A program made the translations under genes and the position numbers. This document shows, in pieces, positions 58,261-64,000 of a stretch of 64,000 nt of DNA. The notes under the pieces are model-generated. The model worked only from the letters and a program-made list of their open reading frames with translations. It had not been told where the DNA came from and ran no database searches. Origin of the DNA: an uncultured Candidatus Bathyarchaeia archaeon (GTDB taxonomy: Archaea > Thermoproteota > Bathyarchaeia > Bathyarchaeales > DTEX01); contig CAZPBM010000025.1 in the NCBI GenBank assembly GCA_964584965.1, forward strand, positions 6,081 to 70,080. Direction: 5' to 3'. How positions within the stretch are numbered: the stretch's first letter is position 1; each line of letters starts with the position of its first letter.

Positions 58261-58874
58261 TATACCCAAGTTGAAAAGTCTGAGCGTGAAAGAAGGGCAA
58301 AAGAACTTCTAGAAACATTTGGACTTTACGACCGCAGAAATAATAAAGCCAAAGGTTTTTCAAAGGGAATGAAGCGATGTCTCACAATTGCCATGGGTTT
58401 AATGAACAATCCACAATTGCTTTTCTTAGATGAGCCAACATCCGGGCTGGATGTTCAAAGCGTCTTAATAATAAAGAATGTAGTTAGACAACTTAACAAG
58501 ACAGGTGTGACCATCTTCTTAACAACGCACGATATTGAGGAAGCAAATGTAACGTGCGATAGAGTTGCAATAATCCACAAAGGAAAGATAGCGGCAATAG
58601 ACACTCCGGAAAGGCTTAAGAAAACCATTCAAAGCGTCCAATCAATAAAGTTGCATTTGGCAAAGTTTCACAAAATATCATGACGGAACTTGAAAGTGTT
58701 CCCACAGTGAGCGAGGTTCGCAAGGAAGGGGACAAGTTTAGGCTTTATACAAATGATCCTGCAACGGCACTATCGGGAATATGGGAATACGCAAAAGCCA
58801 ACAGTTTAAAGCCAATAACTATCAACACGCTTGGACCAAGTCTGGAAGATGTGTTTGTTAGGCTCTGGGATTAG
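58261..58874 (+). pseudogene. ABC transporter ATPase (DrrA/ABC-2 type), 5'-truncated and frameshifted
   Basis: The frame opens at ...ERERRAKELLETFGLYD..FSKGMKRCLTIAMGLMNNPQLLFLDEPTSGLD, which covers the signature and Walker B only, with no Walker A. The C-terminal domain (..LGPSLEDVFVRL) is in another frame, shifting at the A-run 58647-58649. Confidence 0.65.
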
Positions 58875-58901
58875 ATGTAAAGACTGAAAGGAGGGATTTT
58901 C

Positions 58902-59663
58902 ATGTTTAAAGGCAAGTTTTCTACGGCGCCATTAAAAGCTGATTTGAGCGCTTCTTGGGCAATCGCGAAGAAAGACATGCGAATTTACTATATTAAACCT
59001 GGAACTTTGATGTTTGCAATACTGTTTCCTCTTTTTATGTTTCTTTCATTTGCTGTTGGCAAAAACGCCCCAGCTGCAACTTTGATTCCAGGATTAATCT
59101 CCATCACCATTTTGTTCAGTGCGTCTTCAATCGGTTCAATGGTTATTCCTACAGAAAGACGAGTGAAAACTTTTGAAAGACTATTATCTGCCCCTATATC
59201 GTTTTATTCGATTATACTAGGTAAGACTCTGGGAGGCTTCCTCTTCAGCTTAGCCATAGCAATCGTGCCACTGCTGATTGGACTTGCATGGTTTGGAACA
59301 CAAATATTTAGCCTTCTCGGATTAATCTTGGGCTTAGCGTTGCCCACCTTTTGCTTTGCCACGTTTGGAATAATGTTTTCATCCTTCCCAACTGAAAACC
59401 CCGGAGACATAATGTTATTACTCAATTTCGTTTGTCTTCCACTAATATTCATCAGTGGACTCTATATACCGATTAAAAGCCTACCAGATTGGGGGCAAGC
59501 CATCGCGGCATTATCGCCCCTAACCTATGCCAATGACCTAATCAGATACGCGTTAGAAGCAAAAACAACCTATAGCCCAGCGCTAGATTCTATAATGCTG
59601 TTACTGTTCACGGCAGTCTTCCTATACATTGGCAGAAGATTAGACAAGAAATTCCGAAAATAA
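58902..59663 (+). CDS. ABC-2 type transporter permease
   Basis: 253 aa with 6 TM helices. The N-terminal AIAKKDMRIYYIKPG motif is typical of ABC-2 permeases. Confidence 0.75.
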   Translation: MFKGKFSTAPLKADLSASWAIAKKDMRIYYIKPGTLMFAILFPLFMFLSFAVGKNAPAATLIPGLISITILFSASSIGSMVIPTERRVKTFERLLSAPISFYSIILGKTLGGFLFSLAIAIVPLLIGLAWFGTQIFSLLGLILGLALPTFCFATFGIMFSSFPTENPGDIMLLLNFVCLPLIFISGLYIPIKSLPDWGQAIAALSPLTYANDLIRYALEAKTTYSPALDSIMLLLFTAVFLYIGRRLDKKFRK

Positions 59664-59680
59664 TGGGAGGTGAATGAACA

Positions 59681-59989
59681 GTGGCAAAAATGGTAGATTT
59701 ACACAGCCTCATCGAGTTTTCTGAGAAAAAAGGTGCATTAACCACTATGGAGGATCGTCAACGCGTGAAGAAAAACGTGCTGGAGACGAGAAATTTCAAC
59801 GTAGTGTCAATTTGTCTTGATAGTGATCAGGAGATTCCTTCTCGACCAGAACCTTACGACGTTTGCTTCTACATTATCGATGGCAATGGCACATTCACGG
59901 TAGGCAACGAAAAATTTGATTTGACCAAAGGCAACATGATTTTCGCTCCAGCCAACACAGCGCGAGGCATCAAAAGCAAAGAACGCTAA
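59681..59989 (+). CDS. cupin-domain protein (C-terminus probably frameshifted)
   Basis: FYIIDGNGTFTVGNEKFDLTKGNMIFAPANTARGI is a cupin beta-barrel motif. One extra T after 59985 would extend the end to ...KERLIVLGV*. Confidence 0.55.
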   Translation: MAKMVDLHSLIEFSEKKGALTTMEDRQRVKKNVLETRNFNVVSICLDSDQEIPSRPEPYDVCFYIIDGNGTFTVGNEKFDLTKGNMIFAPANTARGIKSKER

Positions 59990-60231
59990 TCGTGTTGGGA
60001 GTTTAGGAAGCACATTAAGAGAAAACGCGTGCATTAGCTGTTTTTTGCATAGCATGATAAGTTAACTCCATCCATAAGTTAATGAAGATGTTAAAGTAAA
60101 TGCCTTCTCTTCGAGGTTTTTGGCTTGGTATTTCAAGCAAACCTATACAAAATCCACCTAATAGAAGCAAAAACACCAGAAGAAACAATTGAAAAAACCA
60201 AAGAAATCCTAAAATAAAACTAGACACACTT

Positions 60232-60408
60232 TTAGACGCTTTTCACACTCTTCCTCATAGCAGCATCACAAGACTTGCAAACATAATAGTCAACAACAAG
60301 TTTAAACTCCCCAGTTTCACGATCCAAAACCTTCTTGTAAACAGGAACAGCCTCACCCTCAGAAAGCCGTCGGCCACAAACACGACAAACAAGCCTCCCA
60401 CCTGACAT
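60232..60408 (-). CDS. small zinc-ribbon protein
   Basis: An internal Met gives the 58-aa protein MSGGRLVCRVCGRR...YYVCKSCDAAM. The longer track ORF upstream looks non-coding. Confidence 0.4.
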   Translation of the reverse strand: MSGGRLVCRVCGRRLSEGEAVPVYKKVLDRETGEFKLVVDYYVCKSCDAAMRKSVKSV

Positions 60409-60738
60409 AACACACACCAACCAACCTATGGAAGTTTTAAACCTAAAAATTCTCTCATTAACGATAACTAATAGAATGCCTCGATTAAAGGGTTTTAGAT
60501 TGATAAAATTGAAGTTTGATATGTTGAAGATGTTCTTGTCGCCAACTCGCGAGAACATACTGTTCTAATGTTTTGGAGGGTTATCAAACACCGGCGAGCT
60601 GAGAAGTAGTTAACGAATTGATGCGTCGCCGCTCCCGTTTATGATATAGGCTTGAATAAAGTGGCGTTGCACACGGACACCGGCAAGGGATTAAGCGTTG
60701 AAAAATACATTTCCCGCACGCGCGAAGCGTTTTTTAAA

Positions 60739-60757
60739 CATATTTAAATATTTTAAT
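60739..60757 (+). promoter_or_regulatory. TATA/near-palindromic element upstream of arsR
   Basis: CATATTTAAATATTTTAAT lies 29-47 nt upstream of the arsR start codon. It shares the core TTTAAAT and similar A/T-rich flanks with the two divergent promoter copies at 62269 and 62891. Confidence 0.4.
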
Positions 60758-60785
60758 TTCGCTAGATAACTCGGGAACGGGCAAA

Positions 60786-61178
60786 ATGTCTGAATCTAAA
60801 ATTGATAAGCGGCTTATGCGGCTTGCGAGTTCTGGGCTTTGCCCCCATGAGGATCCGGCGAAATATGCTGTGGAGTTAAGAAAGCTTGCAGACAGCGTAG
60901 CAAGAGCTGATGAAGCAGAAAAGTATTGCAGGGTTTTTAAGGCGTTGGCAGACACTACTAGGCTTAGAATATTGAAACTTTTAAATGTTAGAGAGATATG
61001 CGTTTGCGAAGTTATGATAGCACTAGACCTAACACAGCCCACGGCTTCCCATCATTTGAAAATACTGGAAAATGTGGGGCTTGTAAAAAGCAGAAAAGAG
61101 GGCAAATGGGTTTACTACAGCATCGCAAACCCAAAAATTATGGAAACATTAGCCAAGTCGGATTTTGTTAAGCTTTAA
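60786..61178 (+). CDS. arsR: ArsR/SmtB-family metal(loid)-responsive regulator
   Basis: It has the wHTH ALADTTRLRILKLL...ICVCEVM..LDLTQPTASHHLKILENVGLV, including the CVC metal-site motif. There is an additional ~45-aa N-terminal extension with Cys residues. Confidence 0.8.
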   Translation: MSESKIDKRLMRLASSGLCPHEDPAKYAVELRKLADSVARADEAEKYCRVFKALADTTRLRILKLLNVREICVCEVMIALDLTQPTASHHLKILENVGLVKSRKEGKWVYYSIANPKIMETLAKSDFVKL

Positions 61179-61459
61179 CGGTATCCATACTTCTCTCTTA
61201 ATTCTCTCAGCATCTGTTTAAGTTCCTGCCTAGATGGAAAGCTGATGGCGCCAACCGGACAGCGGGGTCTGCATGACTCGCAGCCTACAAGGCAGTCATA
61301 GGGTCTTGCAACCACTGCCTTCTCTCCTTGTTTTTCATAAACATGTTCGTGGCAGAATTCAACGCAGATTCCGCAACCCGTGCAAAGCTCATGGTTGATT
61401 GTCGGATACCACTTAATTTCTTTTCGCGGTATCCCTAGATACGTCCTCTCCTGGCTCAA
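61175..61459 (-). CDS. 2x[4Fe-4S] ferredoxin-like protein
   Basis: CTGCGICVEFC and CLVGCESCRPRCP are present. It is a paralogue of the next gene, sharing the ends PRKEIKWYPTI.. and ..FPS.QELK..LRELR.KYGY. Confidence 0.7.
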   Translation of the reverse strand: MSQERTYLGIPRKEIKWYPTINHELCTGCGICVEFCHEHVYEKQGEKAVVARPYDCLVGCESCRPRCPVGAISFPSRQELKQMLRELREKYGYR

Positions 61460-61497
61460 GCTTCTCAGCTTCTAAAAGTTACGGTTAAACGCCATTG

Positions 61498-61860
61498 TTA
61501 GGGGGTGGTTGTAGTGTATCCATATTTCTTCCTTAGCTCTCTAAGCTGACGCTTTAATTCCTCTTGTGATGGAAAGATTATGGCTCCTGTTGGACAGCGT
61601 GGGGCGCATGATTGGCTTGGAACATTGCAGTTGTATGGGTCGTCAACAACCACTTTGTCGCCTACACGCTTGTACACTTTCATGTGGCAGTACTCGACAC
61701 AGAAGTAATCGCATACCTTTGGGTTGCATTTGCTGTAGTCAATTGTCGGGTACCATTTAATCTCTTTTCTCGGCAGTCCGAAGGGATTCTGTGGAGCCAT
61801 AACTTTCGGTCCGTAGTATCGTTCCTCAGCGAGGTACTTCTCCTTCTTTTCCTCGCCCAT
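61498..61860 (-). CDS. ferredoxin-like paralogue with an altered first cluster motif
   Basis: The first motif is CNPKVCDYFCVEYC (Cx4Cx3Cx3C) and the second is CNVPSQSCAPRCP. The ATG at 61860 sits just after the upstream stop; the track start at 61896 is less likely. Confidence 0.6.
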   Translation of the reverse strand: MGEEKKEKYLAEERYYGPKVMAPQNPFGLPRKEIKWYPTIDYSKCNPKVCDYFCVEYCHMKVYKRVGDKVVVDDPYNCNVPSQSCAPRCPTGAIIFPSQEELKRQLRELRKKYGYTTTTP

Positions 61861-61861
61861 T

Positions 61862-62242
61862 TTAATCGCCAACCACCTTTCTAACGGCTTCTTCAACCTT
61901 TTTCATAGCCTCAGACGTTTCCATGTTTCTTAAATCCAGAGAAACCACTTGCTTGTCAAAGTCTAAGCCTTTTTCTGCAAGGGCGTCCTTGAACATTTTC
62001 CTCTGCATTCGCGGGTCGCATCCGCCTATGATAAATATTTTGTCCTTATCTGTCTCCTTCAAATAATCCCTGAAAAAGTTGTCCCCGTCGGTGACGCATA
62101 GCTGGGGATGGATGATGGCATACTCCACGTCAAGCTCGTTTCTAACGAAGTTTATAAGCTTCCACAATTCCAGCTTTGCAAACCCTGGACATTCACCAGT
62201 GCAGAAACACATTATGAATCTGGGCAATTTCCTTTCACCCAT
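61862..62242 (-). CDS. stand-alone Cys-rich domain resembling the N-terminal domain of HdrA-like proteins
   Basis: FIMCFCTGEC...PQLCVTDGDNFFRDYLKE..IFIIGGCDPRMQRKMFKDALAEKGLDFDKQVVSLDLRN aligns by eye with the recalled HdrA-type pattern IGVFVCHCG...YMCSDPGQ..I...VVVAACSPRMHE.TFR...AGLNPYL.E.ANIRE. Confidence 0.4.
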   Translation of the reverse strand: MGERKLPRFIMCFCTGECPGFAKLELWKLINFVRNELDVEYAIIHPQLCVTDGDNFFRDYLKETDKDKIFIIGGCDPRMQRKMFKDALAEKGLDFDKQVVSLDLRNMETSEAMKKVEEAVRKVVGD

Positions 62243-62268
62243 ACACTTTCACCTTGGATAGAAATGAC

Positions 62269-62300
62269 ATATTAAAATATTTAAATTTATTGTTTTGAAA
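62269..62300 (-). promoter_or_regulatory. 32-nt promoter/operator copy B (upstream of 62242 operon)
   Basis: CATATTAAAATATTTAAATTTATTGTTTTGAA is 29/32 identical to 62891-62922. Confidence 0.5.
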
Positions 62301-62347
62301 TTATCCCTTCGCATGGAAATTTGCATTAAATTTTACATATTTTACCA

Positions 62348-62699
62348 TTAAATTGTCCAGTATGAGCATATAATTAGGTCGTCCCGCTTAAACTGCTCCT
62401 TTAGAAATTTTATCATATCTTCCTCTTCTAGGTAAAGGTTTCCCTTCCCATCCCGCCTTAATGGAACACCCGTCTCCTTGAGCCCTTCACCACCCCCTTG
62501 GAGAATCTGTCAAAACATAGTAGGCTGGTCCAGCCGGCAATATAAGCCTCAAATTTATCAGTTCCCTTTTTGGTGACAAGCCGTTCTGCTCAATGTTGTA
62601 GACTATGGCTTTCGGCTTTAGGCTTTCAGCTAGCTGCTTAAACTCAGACCAACTTCTAAGCTTTACAACGCCCTCGCCTGAACCTTCTTTTGGCTGCAA
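62348..62699 (-). CDS. hypothetical protein (apparent frameshift in a C5/G5 run)
   Basis: The track ORF ends ...VLTDSPRGW*. With one extra G in the run at 62493-62497 the frame continues GGGEGLKETGVPLRRDGKGNLYLEEEDMIKFLKEQFKRDDLIICSYWTI*, giving about 117 aa in total. Confidence 0.4.
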
Positions 62700-62733
62700 T
62701 GTCGTACTCCCTTGAATAGTAGTTATTTCCTAT

Positions 62734-62868
62734 TTATGGGAAGAGTTCTATCTCCTTTTTGGCTCCGCACTTCACACATACAAGCCTAACGTGGGACTTG
62801 TCCTCTGTTAGGCCTTCAGCCTTCCATTCGTGGTCGCATGAGGCTTTGTCTTCTTTTATTTCGTTCAT
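62734..62868 (-). CDS. 44-aa Cys/His mini-protein, putative
   Basis: MNEIKEDKASCDHEWKAEGLTEDKSHVRLVCVKCGAKKEIELFP is below the ORF-track cutoff. It lies 23 nt downstream of promoter copy C. Confidence 0.3.
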   Translation of the reverse strand: MNEIKEDKASCDHEWKAEGLTEDKSHVRLVCVKCGAKKEIELFP

Positions 62869-62890
62869 TTTGGTTCCTCAGCGTAAACTT

Positions 62891-62922
62891 CATATTCAAA
62901 AATTTAAATTTATTGTTTTCAA
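62891..62922 (-). promoter_or_regulatory. 32-nt promoter/operator copy C (upstream of 62868 operon)
   Basis: CATATTCAAAAATTTAAATTTATTGTTTTCAA is 29/32 identical to 62269-62300. Confidence 0.5.
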
Positions 62923-63080
62923 GCATAACTGAACAAACATGCGTCCACTCTTATTAACGGTCATTCACAGCAAAAACCCATAAAACTTCACTCGTCAGTA
63001 TTCGCATTTTTGTCTATTCTATCGCGATGACTAAAAGAAAATAGATTTGAATATTAGCTTGAACACGGTGGTTTAATAGA

Positions 63081-63845
63081 TCATTCAAGCCTTCGTTGAA
63101 GCACTTTCGATCCTGCAACCAATAGGATGAAGGCGAATAAGGCCAAAATCAGAATGTCCATCAGGTAAGTGATCGTTGGTGCGGGGTCATTTATTGAAAT
63201 TCTCAGTGCCTCGACGGAATAGGTGAGAGGCAAAAGACGGGCGATGATTCCAAGTTGGGTTGGCATGAGTTCTAGTGGCAGAAAGGTTTCGGAGAGGAAT
63301 GCCATTGGAAATCTGAGAAAGTTGGAGAGCATTTGGGCTTCAGGAACCCATTTTGCATAGGCAGAAATCAGGACGCCAAGCGCTGAAAAAGTCAATGAAG
63401 AGAATGCGATGGCTATGAAAACTAGCAGGGGATTCGCTATAAATGTTCCAGAGATAACGGTTAACGGAACAAGAACTGCGGTTGCAAGGATGAGTCCGAA
63501 GAATAAGCCTGCTAAAGTTTTTCCGAAGAGTATGATGAAGAATGAGACTGGCGCTGCAAGCAGCCTTTCAAACGTGCCGGTCTGCTTTTCAAGAACCACT
63601 GCCACCGCTTCAATTGAGGTTGTTCCGAACAAAATTACGAGGGATGTTAAACCTGAAACAATCAGTGAGGAGTTTATTTGTCCGGCGATTGAGAATGCGA
63701 TAAACAATGAAACAGGCATTAAAAGGCCATAGGTAAAGTTTGGAGCTTTAAAATAGTAGACTCTGGCGTCTTTCTTTGCTATGTAAAATGCTTTAGTTAG
63801 ACTTTGGATCCATGTTCTAGCCAAGGCTTTCCCCCTTCTTAGCAT
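63081..63845 (-). CDS. ABC-2 type transporter permease
   Basis: 254 aa with 6 TM helices and the N-terminal FYIAKKDARVYYFKAPN motif. It is a paralogue of 58902-59663. Confidence 0.75.
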   Translation of the reverse strand: MLRRGKALARTWIQSLTKAFYIAKKDARVYYFKAPNFTYGLLMPVSLFIAFSIAGQINSSLIVSGLTSLVILFGTTSIEAVAVVLEKQTGTFERLLAAPVSFFIILFGKTLAGLFFGLILATAVLVPLTVISGTFIANPLLVFIAIAFSSLTFSALGVLISAYAKWVPEAQMLSNFLRFPMAFLSETFLPLELMPTQLGIIARLLPLTYSVEALRISINDPAPTITYLMDILILALFAFILLVAGSKVLQRRLE

Positions 63846-64000
63846 GTTCTTTTTCGATCGCCATAACTTCTGGGCTTAAACCTGTAATTTTAACAAAGGC
63901 ATCCTCCAAGCTTGGTTTCAAGGTGTTAATGGAAACAATTTTCAGGTTATTTTCCCTGCAGAAATCAATGAGCATTGGGACAACTTCAGAGGCATCCTCA
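63817..64000 (-). CDS. ABC transporter ATPase, C-terminal part (gene runs off the window edge)
   Basis: The reverse frame reads ...EDASEVVPMLIDFCRENNLKIVSINTLKPSLEDAFVKITGLSPEV...*. It overlaps the permease start and is paralogous to the 58680-58874 segment. Confidence 0.6.
   Translation of the reverse strand, partial: EDASEVVPMLIDFCRENNLKIVSINTLKPSLEDAFVKITGLSPEVMAIEKEHAKKGESLG

Noticed and set aside
1-64000. I looked for CRISPR arrays, rRNA genes and recognisable defence systems.
   Set aside because: I saw no regularly spaced direct repeats, no rRNA-like sequence, and no cas, restriction-modification, toxin-antitoxin pair or other defence-type domain. The lone RHH gene at 54902 has no partner toxin.

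Overview
The window is an archaeal chromosomal segment. Evidence for this is an archaeal ribosomal-protein operon (uL22 to uL18, including eS4, eL32, eL19 and the RNase P protein Rpp29), plus aIF5B, FtsZ, a GGPP-type cis-prenyltransferase, and HypA/HypE with an Mrp/MinD-type HypB substitute. I cannot assign a lineage by eye. Most of the window is ordinary housekeeping and carbohydrate catabolism: GH42, GH28-like and GH99-like hydrolases, KDG kinase, KDPG aldolase and a sulfatase-family enzyme. Six places deserve a second look. (1) A ~215-nt GC-rich structured RNA gene lies on the minus strand at 23793-24007. It has its own TATA box, tRNA-like ends (acceptor, D-arm, ACCA) and a ~165-nt interior that I could not fold as a tRNA, SRP RNA or RNase P RNA. 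(2) A ~5-kb AT-rich island (24212-29400) starts right after tRNA-Ala. It holds decayed genes, GC-rich REP-like hairpins and an IS1595 transposase fragment. (3) An acyl-CoA module is wedged between uL18 and aIF5B: a CoA-transferase fused to a Pat-type GNAT, an ADP-forming acetyl-CoA synthetase, and a Pta-N-terminal/DRTGG protein. (4) A tRNA 3' fragment, an integrase N-terminal fragment and a 5'-truncated ABC ATPase form a junction at 57757-58280. (5) An ArsR (CVC-type) regulator sits next to two small Cys-rich/Fe-S operons driven by nearly identical 32-nt promoter regions. (6) A ferredoxin gene has its two cluster motifs on opposite strands, which looks like a small inversion. Several conserved genes carry 1-nt frameshifts, most at short homopolymer runs (2-6 nt), so sequencing or assembly error must be excluded before calling those pseudogenes. 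I found no CRISPR array and no rRNA.
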